Shown: positions 1-10,466 of the stretch, one piece after another
Layout: every line of letters starts with the position of its first letter
Numbering within the stretch: position 1 is the stretch's first letter
Assembly (NCBI GenBank): GCA_963776275.1
Contig: CAVZMI010000018.1
Location: 166,257-230,256 of the forward strand
Direction of reading: 5' to 3'
DNA length: 64,000 bases
Origin: Ignavibacteriota bacterium
Lineage (GTDB): Bacteria; Bacteroidota; Ignavibacteria; UBA10030; CAVZMI01
Program-made: the position numbers and the translations under genes
Notes under the pieces: generated by a model
Told to the model about the DNA's origin: nothing
Databases searched by the model: none
Seen by the model: only the letters and a program-made list of their open reading frames with translations

Positions 1-210
1 AGCCACACTCTTTACCCATTCCAGCCGGGTTTTACGATTTTCGACCGTAGCAGCTATGTCCAGCATAGCTAATTCATCCGCTCCTTCACGTTGGTAGAGT
101 CTCGCATTTTCTACCGGATCGCCGGCATCCTTCAGCTCGGTAAAATGAATCCCTTTGACTACACGACCATTTTTCATGTCAAGGCAAGGCATGATTTTTA
201 CTGTCTTCAT
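1..210 (-). CDS. hisF: Imidazole glycerol phosphate synthase cyclase subunit, 5' part (truncated by window edge)
   Basis: Manual translation from ATG at 210: [55 protein letters not shown], the typical HisF N-terminus; GGAG RBS upstream. Confidence 0.92.
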   Translation of the reverse strand, partial: MKTVKIMPCLDMKNGRVVKGIHFTELKDAGDPVENARLYQREGADELAMLDIAATVENRKTRLEWVKSVA

Positions 211-301
211 GATTACTCCTTTTCGTTGCTTTGTGAAAAATCTTAAAATACTCTAGACTGATGTAAGAGCTCTAAATGCCTGATGGATTGCGATACCATG
301 C

Positions 302-1482
302 CTACTTCAGCAGTGTGTCCAATATTAGAGAATCTCCGTTCGCCCTCACCAACATCTGTATCCGGATCAACCCGCCATCCGGTTTGCGTTCCTTACACGT
401 CCCCTCGAGAACAAGCGAAGAGTCATTGACGCTTGCAATGACAAATGAACCATCTTGGGGTATCCGGCTCCCCTGAATTTTTTGAATATCCAGATTTCTG
501 AACGAACCGTTACCTCCGCCTAATGATGACGGGCGACGGTAGTATTGTTGTGCCTGTGCAGCGAGCATCATGAGATGGTTGAGAACTGCGTCGTGGTTTG
601 CGCGTATGGCATTTTCGATAAATGTGGCGCCGCGTTCATTCGGTCTTTGAAGCTGCGTTGGCGCCGGGCCGGCAGAATCAGGAATTACTGAAAGTCTGTC
701 TGCCGTAACTTCTATTCTCACCTGCACCAATGAACCGCTCCGTGTCTTCTCTACGCCGGTGCCCTGGAGAATAATGGAGCTATCATAGAACGCAATCAAC
801 TCGTACCTCCCGTTCTGGTTGATCGGGTGTAGCGTAAGCATTGATATGTTATCCAGGCTTTTGAATGAATTGTTTCCCCCGCCAAGCATAGCGGGACGGC
901 GATAATACTGTTGGGCGCGTTCCCCAAGCATCATGAGCTGCCATGAAGTACAAGGTCATGGTTCTTGAAAAAAGCCTCATCAAGAAGCTTCTGGTTGGCG
1001 GCCAGAGCGGTTCTGTCGGGGGGACGTGTTGTAAAGTCGGTCTCCCGAGAGAAGTTGTCTGCCACGATGGAGATGGTGTCGGGGCTCACCAGCATCCCTA
1101 TCTGCAACAATGAGTCGTGCATGTTTCGCTCAACTCCTGTGCCCTGCAGTGTGACGGTGCTGTCGCTGCAATCGAGAATCACGTAATTACCGTTGGTGTT
1201 GGTCGGATACTTCGTCAACCTCTGAATGTCGTTCAAACCGCGGAATGATCTTCCTCCACCACCAAATTCAGTGGGGAGACGATAATATTGTTGCGCTCTG
1301 GTGGCAAGATTTGTTAGGTCTGTCAGTAATGCATGATAGTTCGTATTTGCCAGATCCGTTTTCTGCGCGCGCTTCATATGGAGCACGACTGCGACTACGA
1401 TCGCACAAATCGTTATGATAAGAATGGTTCCGATGATATAAATCTTTTTACGATTCGAACCTATCTTCGTGTTATTCCGCAT
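302..1482 (-). CDS. Membrane-anchored protein with three tandem pilin-like 'AQQYYRxP..GGG..SF' domains (frameshift near 935-960)
   Basis: ORFs 931-1482 and 302-934 join into one N-terminal TM helix plus three similar domains of about 110 aa. Confidence 0.6.
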
Positions 1483-1596
1483 AGTCTTCTCACTTAAGTA
1501 CGATGGTTACAACTATAATTCACCTTTGGTTTATGCACCGTTGTACTTTTGCCTAATAGTCGATCTTAAACTCTTTGCACGAATCATCAGCTTTAA

Positions 1597-2586
1597 TCAG
1601 GTCTTTGCCAGAACCACCAAGTCACCGCTCCACTCTGGGATGAACAAGCGGCCGTTCCAGTATTCCATGCCGCAAATCTTAGGAAAGTTCAGGTTCAACG
1701 GATTGATTTCAGCAGGGTTATTGCGCAAGCCCTGTATCGCATGCGGCTTACCGGCAATGGTTGAAATAATGTTGGTGAACCGCTCTACCATCCGAACCAC
1801 ATGGTTTTGTGTGTCGCCAATAAAGATATTCCCAACCTCGTCCAGCGATAGTGACCAAGGACCACCATAACGCTCTGTCGGGCTGTAACCCAGAGTTGCC
1901 TTGCAAGCGTCGCCCCCGTCTCCTGTGTAGCCGCTTTGGCCGTTGCCGACGACGGTGGAAACAATACGTAGGCGTAAATCCAATTTCCGAACCGTAAAAT
2001 TTTTGCTGTCCAGGACATAGAAATTGCCATCAGGACCGCGCCGTAGATCAAAAATCCAACTGAATTGTACCTCCTCAAATGGAACGTTTTCAAACTGAAA
2101 ACCTGTCCGGCCGGTTCCGATAGTCTGAAGAGGATTGCCTTCGGCGCTAAACTGCCAGACTCGTCCTCCTTCTACTTCATTTACCCAGATATTTCCATCT
2201 AAATCGTATTCGCAATTGCCGATGTCTTTCAGGCCCAATAAGCGGCCATCAATGAAAACTGATGCTTGCTTGTGCACCAAGTCAATATTATAAACTGCAT
2301 TGCCATTAAAACAGGCAACGAGGATTTTTCCAGCAGGTGTAACCGTCACATAACCCGGTCCACATAGATCGGCTGGGATATGCAAATCGCTCTCGGGTTG
2401 GGGGGTAGAACCCGCAGACCAGCACAGCCTATCATCAGCACCCAGACAGCCTACCCAGTGATTCCAGAAGTCAACCACATATCGGTGACCGGCGCTGTCA
2501 TGAGAACCAAGTTGTGCGTATCCATCCCCCCATATTTTTTCTTTCTGAAAATTGATAATTCGTTCAATGCTCCATGATGTGTTCAT
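1597..2586 (-). CDS. NHL-repeat beta-propeller protein
   Basis: Motifs GNGQSGYTGDGGDA, GPWSLSLDEVGNIFIGDTQNHVVRMV; likely start MNTSW after RBS. Confidence 0.75.
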   Translation of the reverse strand: MNTSWSIERIINFQKEKIWGDGYAQLGSHDSAGHRYVVDFWNHWVGCLGADDRLCWSAGSTPQPESDLHIPADLCGPGYVTVTPAGKILVACFNGNAVYNIDLVHKQASVFIDGRLLGLKDIGNCEYDLDGNIWVNEVEGGRVWQFSAEGNPLQTIGTGRTGFQFENVPFEEVQFSWIFDLRRGPDGNFYVLDSKNFTVRKLDLRLRIVSTVVGNGQSGYTGDGGDACKATLGYSPTERYGGPWSLSLDEVGNIFIGDTQNHVVRMVERFTNIISTIAGKPHAIQGLRNNPAEINPLNLNFPKICGMEYWNGRLFIPEWSGDLVVLAKT

Positions 2587-3146
2587 TTTCTTTTCCTTCC
2601 TTCTTTCGCAGACTGTGCCAGCCAATGGACCCGAGCTCCGCCAATCCCACCAGACAAAGTTGGTACGTAAAAAGCGCAAAAGATGGTGGGCATGTAAGTC
2701 TGATTCAGCTTCTGCAGGATCGAGATCTCGTCCCTAAAATGGGACGGATTGCGGCAACGAACACTATCAAATTTTACAATTGTCGCTAAAACATAAAAGT
2801 CAAACTGAGCGAGCCCGCCGACTTACCTGAGCGAAATCGAAGGAAGGCGGCCGAGTCTCCACCCGGAAAGCGGATGCTTCACCGGCGCAGAAGTGTCTCC
2901 CGGGCCATCTAGCACGTTTCAACTTCGTCGTCACTTAAAAAACAGGGACTCAGTCGCTCGAAGAAATCGTAATTTAGTGAAGCGTGGCGTTGATTCTTTT
3001 TGCAAGCATAGAAAAACATCACCGTCACACTGAGCGAGGGAGCGACTTGATGATGAAACTTCTGGTGCAGGGTGCGTAAATATTAGTATATTTCAGTAGT
3101 AATGTCAAGCATTGACTTTTTGATTTAAGCACTTTAGATTAAAACC

Positions 3147-3922
3147 ATGCATACCATCCGCCTGATACACTGGAACGAAAAAGAAGCGCAAGAAAAATCC
3201 TCTATTCTTAAAAAAAGAGGCTTTAAAGTGATTCACAGCATAATCCGCGGGCAGCAGGATATGCGCGAACTGCGAAAAAATCCAGCAGATGCATTCGTAA
3301 TAGATTTAACGCGACTACCATCGCAAGGGCGTGATCTAGGCATGTTCGTCCGGCAGTCGAAATCTACACGGTATGTACCTTTGATCTTCGTAGAGGGTGA
3401 AAAAGAAAAAGTAGATCGTATAAAGAAATTAATACCGGATGCGCATTATACATCATGGCCGGAGATACATAGAACAATACAAAAAGCTCTTACAAATCCG
3501 ATAGAGAATCCCGTAGCGCCTAAATCTTTGTTTGACACATATATGGGAATTCCGCTGCTGAAAAAATTGGGAATAAAGGAAAATACTATACTCGGAATTA
3601 TCAATCCACCGAAAGAATTTAAAAAGACGCTCGGCCGTCTGCCGGACGGGGTGAGAATCCAGAGTAAGCTTAAAAAAGAGAGAGATCTGACGCTCTGGTT
3701 TGTCAAATCAGAAAAAGAACTTCAGGAAAATATTCAAAAGGTGTCAAAATATAGTAAAAATGAAGCAGTCTGGATTCTGTGGCCGAAGAAAGGCTCGGAG
3801 TCTCTTCAAACCTATCACAAAACGTTGTAAGAAAGACCGGACTCGCTTCCGGGCTGGTCGATTATAAAATATGCTCTGTCGATGCTACCTGGTCGGGTTT
3901 GCTGTTCACAAAAAGGAAATAG
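3147..3922 (+). CDS. Receiver-like domain fused to DUF3052-like domain (frameshift near 3800)
   Basis: LLKKLGIKE...WILWPKKGS continues in another frame as ...VVRKTGLASGLVDYKICSVDATWSGLLFTKRK* (stop 3920-3922). Confidence 0.6.
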
Positions 3923-4079
3923 TAATTTAAATACGATTAATAATTAAATTCTTGCTATTATTTAGTATTTTTGTTATTATTATCGCAAATGATTTTGAAT
4001 CCCTTTGACCCTTTCCTCAAAAACAGCTATTCCGATAGAACAGAAGAATTACTTTAATCTACGGGAAGGAATCTGACCC

Positions 4080-5782
4080 ATGAGTTCTTCAATTGATGAT
4101 CGCGTCGATACACTTATCGCGGCTTTCAAAAAGGACGGCTATGATGTAGACAGGACATCGGATGTTCTTTTGTGTGGAGAAAAAATTGGAATTCGTGCGA
4201 CGCATGCGACAGCTGTTATCGGAACGACAGGAAAGAAGAAAAAGGTATTCTATCTTGAAGGAGATCCCCATACGATGGGCTATCTGCAGGGGAAATTGGC
4301 GGAACCCGAGATCGAACGTATGTGCACGGATTTCAATGATGACATTGTCTTCGACTACATCAATCTTCAAATTCAAGATCCCACAATACGGACACTCCTG
4401 GGCGAGGTGCTCGAAGATATAATCTACTGGATCTCGAAAAGCATGTATCAGGATATTCCGCCTCACTATGTCGAAGAACTGGATGGAATACTCGACGGGT
4501 GCAAAGAAGTCAATAAACAGACACACGTCGATCGCGAAAGCCTCTGGGTTCTCAACGCCGGGATCGATGCGATTCTATCGTATATATATACCGGGCTCTT
4601 TCCTCATAAAAGATTATTTCCCATTAAAATCAAGCCCGAACACCTGAGAGTTCCGTTCATGTGCAACGGTTTCTCGGTTACGGGAGTCGATTCACGAATT
4701 CAAAGACGATTCCATTATCTTGGACGGGATTTCATGTTTCCGAATGCCGGTGTATTTCAGGATACTGCCGCAATGATTATCCGCAGGCCGGATGAGGGAA
4801 TTCCCACAGTCAGCGTTGCTGCGCCGGGAATGATCGGCGCCATTGCAGGTCTGAGTCTCAACAGAGTCGGTGTCGGAGTCGATATGTCCCCGGCGGCGAA
4901 CTGCAGCACCCACCGTCCCGGATTAAATTCGCTCCTCCTGACACGGCAAAGCATTCAATACGGTAAGAATTGCGATGAAGCAGTCGAGATCAGTTGTAAA
5001 TGCTCAGCGGGGAGTGTCATGGGATTATATCCTTGCCGATGGAAATACCGACAAGGCATGTGTTTTGGAGGCGGGAGTGGCAGTGGATAATCTAAATCTT
5101 CTTTCATATACCGATCAATGGGTCATAGATCTACTTAAAGGGATTGATCCTCACTTCGAAGATATGATTAAGAATCACTCTGCTCCTTTGCGTAAAGGAT
5201 GCATGCTACGATGGAATACACTATACATACCCAATCATATACCAGCATTTTAATAATGCATTGGTGGAGGCATATAAAAAATTAAATTCGCATTATTCCT
5301 ATGCCTATAATGCAGAAGATTTTAGCAAAATGGGATTCATCAACAAGATATGGACTGATAAGAATTGCCCGGGCCCTTTTTATTTTACTCCACAACGTGA
5401 GAACATACCGGATATGGTACTCGTAACGAATCATTACGTTACACCTGAAATGCGATTGTGTGCAATGAACCTCTGGACGGCGATTATTGCTGCCGGAGAC
5501 TCTCGACGACATCCAATGGCGATACGATGAACTAAACTCTCAGCTGTTAACGGTGCTTGAGAAAGGATATATGACCTGGGAGGAAGCCAAGACGACAATC
5601 GATTATCTGGCACCGTACAGGAAATTTCCCGATTACTACAAGCCAGGATCAAAAGCCATTGAATCAATTGGAAATTCACGGTTCTGTGTCTCTAATGGAT
5701 CTCAAGGCAGAGAACTATTGAATCGCATTACGGATATTTTGCCGATGAATGGATCAAGATAACGCTTGGTAATTATTTCTGA
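4080..5782 (+). CDS. C45-family/Ntn-hydrolase-like peptidase or acyltransferase (several frameshifts)
   Basis: LEGDPHTMGYLQG, M-CNGFS nucleophile-type motif, GRDFMF, GLSLNRVGVG; consecutive overlapping ORF fragments run to stop at 5780-5782. Confidence 0.6.
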
Positions 5783-5785
5783 TAG

Positions 5786-6355
5786 TCAGGTTGAAGATTT
5801 TTTCTCAACATTGATCGATATTTTTCCTTTTTGAGCAAGTCGTAAGAGAATATACAGCACACTTTCTTTTGAGATTTTAAAGTATGATGCGAGTATGTCG
5901 GGTTGGCACGAGACGTTCTTGTCAATGTATTGCTCGATTTCTTCTTCGATTTGCCGTACCCAGTCTTCAAAGAGGCTGCGAATCTCTGGTGTTGCAAATG
6001 TGGCAATCTCGCCGCTCTGTCGTATGGACGACATCATCTGTTTGCACATCTCCATAGGATTAAAACCGCCTTCAGACTCTTCACCGGAATCATCGCAGCA
6101 TTTCATCATTTCTGACATTGGACCTTTTTCACCCATCATAGATCCCATCATGCTCATCATCGAACCGCCCCTTCCCATCATCATTTCCATCATCTTCGGC
6201 ATCATGCTTTTCATCATGTCCTGCTTTTCTTCCGGAGACATTGAAGCGAAGAAGGTTTCCATCATTTTTTCCATCATCTCCTTTCGCTCTTCAGCAGACA
6301 TAGATCCCATCATGGTTTCCATCATTTTTTCTTTTAGATTCATATTAACCTCCAT
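5786..6355 (-). CDS. Methionine-rich protein with possible C-terminal winged helix
   Basis: Very Met-rich N-terminal two thirds; C-terminal ILASYFKISKESVLYILLRLAQKGKI; directly downstream of ArsR. Confidence 0.6.
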   Translation of the reverse strand: MEVNMNLKEKMMETMMGSMSAEERKEMMEKMMETFFASMSPEEKQDMMKSMMPKMMEMMMGRGGSMMSMMGSMMGEKGPMSEMMKCCDDSGEESEGGFNPMEMCKQMMSSIRQSGEIATFATPEIRSLFEDWVRQIEEEIEQYIDKNVSCQPDILASYFKISKESVLYILLRLAQKGKISINVEKKSST

Positions 6356-6386
6356 GGTTTTCTGTCTATTATAAATATTGATATTA

Positions 6387-6725
6387 TTAACGACACATTT
6401 TCCACCATCTGGGTGTAAAGAACATACGTTCCCGATCCTTTAGCTCGCCGAGTGAATGAGCGATATCGAGGAATATGCCGATGGCGCTTAAAATGCGAGT
6501 GTCCTTGAGCTTATAAAACACGAACGGACCCTGACGTTCCGTCTCAAGAACGTTATGCTCCCGAAGAATCCTGAGATGGTGCGAAACTAGCGGCTGCGAG
6601 AGTCCGGTCTCAGCCACAATTTCCGACACAGAGCACTTCTTTTCGCCAATAAATTTGATGATTTTTAACCGGTTTGATTCACCGAGGGTCTGGAATAGAA
6701 GCTCCAGCTGCCGTGCATCGTCCAT
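6387..6725 (-). CDS. ArsR/SmtB family transcriptional regulator
   Basis: NRLKII...CSVSEIVAETGLSQPLVSHHLRILRE...ERQGPFVFYKL. Confidence 0.92.
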   Translation of the reverse strand: MDDARQLELLFQTLGESNRLKIIKFIGEKKCSVSEIVAETGLSQPLVSHHLRILREHNVLETERQGPFVFYKLKDTRILSAIGIFLDIAHSLGELKDRERMFFTPRWWKMCR

Positions 6726-6739
6726 ATAAATGATCTCTT

Positions 6740-6786
6740 ATATAAACATACGTTTATATTATAATAAATAAAAAGGCATTTGTCAA
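6740..6786 (-). promoter_or_regulatory. Consensus sigma70 promoter with palindromic operator for the arsR operon
   Basis: Minus strand TTGACA (6786-6781), 17 bp, TATAAT (6763-6758); palindrome ATATAAAC-atac-GTTTATAT at 6740-6759. Confidence 0.75.
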
Positions 6787-7112
6787 GAGGTATTGAAAAT
6801 TTTTATTGTCATTTTATTTACCGATTGAATTGGCAAATTCGAGTCCACCATTTTCGGATATATAAAATGAAATTATGGAGTCGGGAAAAAATGCTCTATA
6901 AATGTGGATTTTATATTTGCCTTTTTCCTTCATCTATGCTATTTTCCTCTTTGTGGGTCCCGCCTGAGTTTCTCGCTCCTGCTTCCGGGAGAAGGAAAGC
7001 GGAGTGATTGCTTTTCATCTATCGATCACCCGTTGAAACTTACGCTAATGTGAAATCGTATATAAAAAAAACTGACAATCTATATCCTGCATTTACCATT
7101 ACCGGGGGTTTT

Positions 7113-9548
7113 ATGAAACGATTAATTCTTCTCGCTTTATGCTTGCTCATTGTATCGGGCTTTTCATTCGCTCAATCTGGTATAACGGCATACCATGAAC
7201 AGCGGCAGTTCCAGCTCGCACCGCCGGGGGCGTTAAAATTCGGTCTCTATGGATTCGATAATCCGGCTCTTCTTGTATATGCCAACAAGCCGGACCTGTA
7301 TTTCACCTGGTCGGATGCAGATGGGAAATGTACCGATTTTAACCGGTGGGGAGGCTTTTTTGCACTTCGAGGAATTGGAATCGGAGCTATTCATAACAAT
7401 GGACCGCTTGGTTCAGTCACGGATTATCGGATTTCTGTAAGCGGCGGCGATAGAACTTTCAGCACCGGATTGAGCCTCGGTTGGTCGGCAGGAGAGGTCG
7501 AAGTGTACAACCGGCAAAGTTTTATTGCGCTCGGGACTCTCAGCCGTCCGAATCCCTATTTTTCACTCGGTATTGTCGGTGTAAAGTCATTTAAAGGAAA
7601 AAATGCCGAAGCAGCCGCCGATCTTGCAGTCAGACCATTAGGTAATCAGCTCTTTACTGCATTCATGGATTATGATATCCAGCAAAATCAAATGTTGAAG
7701 GATGGCATTTGGAGTGTCGGCGCCGTAATCGAGCCGCTCCCCGGTGTTCGTGTCATCGGCCGGTATTACGACACGAAAGCGTTTGCGCTTGGGTTCCAAT
7801 TCAGTCTGGGGATGGTCGGACTCGAGACGCAGGCGAACTATGACAGGGATCGACAATACACACATAATACCTACGGCATCCATATCGGTGCATACGATCG
7901 AAATGTGTTCGACACTTATTTCAAATTGAAAAAATCATATCTCGATATGAACCTGAACGGTATAATAGTATATCAACGATATCAATTATTCGATAACAAT
8001 AAAACCTTAACGGATCTTTTAAATTCTATCGAAGGAGCAAAAGAGGATCCGCGTGTTGCCGGCATAGCGATTAATATATCCGGGATGAATGTTAACAAAG
8101 AAAAAATTTGGGAGCTTCGGGAGAAATTAAAAGAATTCAGAAGTGCGGGGAAACATCTGGTCATCTTTATGGATCGCGGGAATATCGATACATATCATTT
8201 TGCTTCTGTTGCAGATAAGATTGTCATGGATCCAATGGGGATGATTATACTTGAAGGATACAACAACGGACTTACATATCTCAAGGGAACACTGGATAAA
8301 CTCGGAATTGGTTATGACGAGTGGCGGTTCTTCAAATATAAATCAGCTAACGAGGCATTGTCGCGTGAAAAAATGTCGGATGCCGATCGAGAGCAGCGTC
8401 AAAATCTGGTAAATGATTATTATAAGTTGGCAAAAGCGGACATATGTGCATCGCGTGGATTTACTCCGGAAAAATTTGATTCACTCGTAAATACGGAAGT
8501 CGTTTTTATATCTAAAAAAGCAATAGAAAAAGGACTGGTAGATACTCTCGGAAGATGGGAAACGGTAAAGGACGTTATAACAAAATTGGAAGGAGAACAG
8601 AAGGAGTATCGGAGTGCCGGATCGCTTTTAAAAAATCAGCATCCGTTCGACGGCAGGTGGGGAGAACCAGAGCAGATTGCGCTCATCTATGCCCTCGGCG
8701 CATGTGCCATGGATGAAGGTATCAAGGCACGGTCGCTGGTCGAAGATGTGAATGCTGCGGTAGAAAATCCAAAGATCAAGGCAATCGTTCTACGCGTTGA
8801 TTCGCCGGGAGGTGATGGATTGGCGTCGGATTATATCGCCGAAGCGCTGAAAAAGGCCAAAGGTAAAAAACCGGTTATCGTGTCGCAGGGATACGTTGCG
8901 GGATCCGGAGGATATTGGCTTTCGATGTACGGCGATACGATCGTTGCAGCTCCCAATACTATTACAGGTTCAATCGGGGTTGCTGGAGGGTGGTTGTACA
9001 ACAAGGGGGCAAAAGAATGGATGGGGATGTCGACGGATCATGTTCAGGTCGGGGGACATGCGGACATCGGTTTTGGATTTACACTGCCATTCATAGGTGC
9101 AGGACTTCCGGACCGTAACCTGACGATCGAGGAGCGCGCCCGGGCGGAAGAGATTATGAAAGATTTGTACAAGGAATTCGTCCATAAAGTTGCATTGGGC
9201 CGAAAAAAAAGCGATAATGATATCGATTCTGTTGCCGAGGGTCGTTTCTATTCCGGGTATGAAGGGAAGGAGAAAGGACTCGTCGATGTTCTCGGCGGAC
9301 TTGAAACAGCCATCGCGATTGCGAAAGAGCGTGCGGGGATCCCAAAATGCGAAGAGGTGACAATCATTGAAATGCCGAAAATGGGGTTGATCGACTTCAA
9401 AGCCCTGATGCCGAAAATTATGCCTTTTCAGACGCAAATAGTTGAAGATAAATTTATCGAGCAGCTAAGATTTCGTATCAGCCACAACGGCGAAGTTATG
9501 CCTCTGATGCCGCTCGAATTCATTGAAATGGTGCCAATGGAATACTAA
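7113..9548 (+). CDS. sppA: Signal peptide peptidase SppA (S49) with long N-terminal extension
   Basis: LRVDSPGG, VAGSGGYW, TITGSIGV, tandem S49 domains; signal peptide MKRLILL. Confidence 0.9.
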   Translation: MKRLILLALCLLIVSGFSFAQSGITAYHEQRQFQLAPPGALKFGLYGFDNPALLVYANKPDLYFTWSDADGKCTDFNRWGGFFALRGIGIGAIHNNGPLGSVTDYRISVSGGDRTFSTGLSLGWSAGEVEVYNRQSFIALGTLSRPNPYFSLGIVGVKSFKGKNAEAAADLAVRPLGNQLFTAFMDYDIQQNQMLKDGIWSVGAVIEPLPGVRVIGRYYDTKAFALGFQFSLGMVGLETQANYDRDRQYTHNTYGIHIGAYDRNVFDTYFKLKKSYLDMNLNGIIVYQRYQLFDNNKTLTDLLNSIEGAKEDPRVAGIAINISGMNVNKEKIWELREKLKEFRSAGKHLVIFMDRGNIDTYHFASVADKIVMDPMGMIILEGYNNGLTYLKGTLDKLGIGYDEWRFFKYKSANEALSREKMSDADREQRQNLVNDYYKLAKADICASRGFTPEKFDSLVNTEVVFISKKAIEKGLVDTLGRWETVKDVITKLEGEQKEYRSAGSLLKNQHPFDGRWGEPEQIALIYALGACAMDEGIKARSLVEDVNAAVENPKIKAIVLRVDSPGGDGLASDYIAEALKKAKGKKPVIVSQGYVAGSGGYWLSMYGDTIVAAPNTITGSIGVAGGWLYNKGAKEWMGMSTDHVQVGGHADIGFGFTLPFIGAGLPDRNLTIEERARAEEIMKDLYKEFVHKVALGRKKSDNDIDSVAEGRFYSGYEGKEKGLVDVLGGLETAIAIAKERAGIPKCEEVTIIEMPKMGLIDFKALMPKIMPFQTQIVEDKFIEQLRFRISHNGEVMPLMPLEFIEMVPMEY

Positions 9549-9701
9549 CAAAGAGATTTTAAACTCTGTGTTCTTTGTGCCGGACGACGAGTACGGAGTA
9601 CGCTGTGATCTCTGTGTCAGCACTATTACTATTAATTCTATTTATATTGAAGGAGTGCAGATACAGATGTCGCAGAGAAGAATTGGCTGAGTCATTACAC
9701 C

Positions 9702-10217
9702 ATGGAGGCAGATACTGCTATGTTCAAAAAATATTTTGATAATGCCCGCTTCCAGAAAGCATTGATCGTTGTCTCTGCAATTATCAGGATATTTACCGGC
9801 GCATTTCTTATGTTTTCCGCCTATGCTAAGTATATTTCTTCAGAGTTTTACCTGAAATTTATCATGAGACTTGGCATTCCCCCGGATATCGCCTTAAAAT
9901 CTGTGATTCCCCTGATCATTTTCGAACTTCTTTTTGGCATATTATTGATCGTCGGATATAAAACGAAAATAATGTTGCGTGCGACATCTATCCTTTTTCT
10001 CGTATTCACATCTGTCGTCACGTACAGCATGATACTCGGTATCGATGTGTCGTGTGGATGCTTTGGCCCTTATTTTCAAAGCGAAATAAGTTATTTTTCA
10101 ATCGGCAGGAATTTTATTGTTGCTATCATCACCTTCCTCATCAGTCTCTACAAACATTATCCATTCACATTAGATTCGTACTTCTCAAAAAGAATCTTCG
10201 ATCGGATAGATACCTGA
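9702..10217 (+). CDS. MauE/DoxX family membrane protein
   Basis: Four TM helices with DVSCGCFG and GRNF motifs. Confidence 0.8.
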   Translation: MEADTAMFKKYFDNARFQKALIVVSAIIRIFTGAFLMFSAYAKYISSEFYLKFIMRLGIPPDIALKSVIPLIIFELLFGILLIVGYKTKIMLRATSILFLVFTSVVTYSMILGIDVSCGCFGPYFQSEISYFSIGRNFIVAIITFLISLYKHYPFTLDSYFSKRIFDRIDT

Positions 10218-10466
10218 TTCTAATGAAACCCGAAGATATCCCTGTTTCACCATTTTTATAGTACAATGTAAGCGTATGAGACAAACCCCGCTAAATTATT
10301 CCTCCATATGGCGAACGGTCGCTAAACATATACAGCCATTTGTGTAAACGTTATATTAGTAAAAAAATAAAAAATAATTATTCCAATTCTGGTATTATTT
10401 TTTTAATATATAACGGCTTATTGTTAAAAATATCCATCACTATATATTGTCACAAAAAGGAAACTT

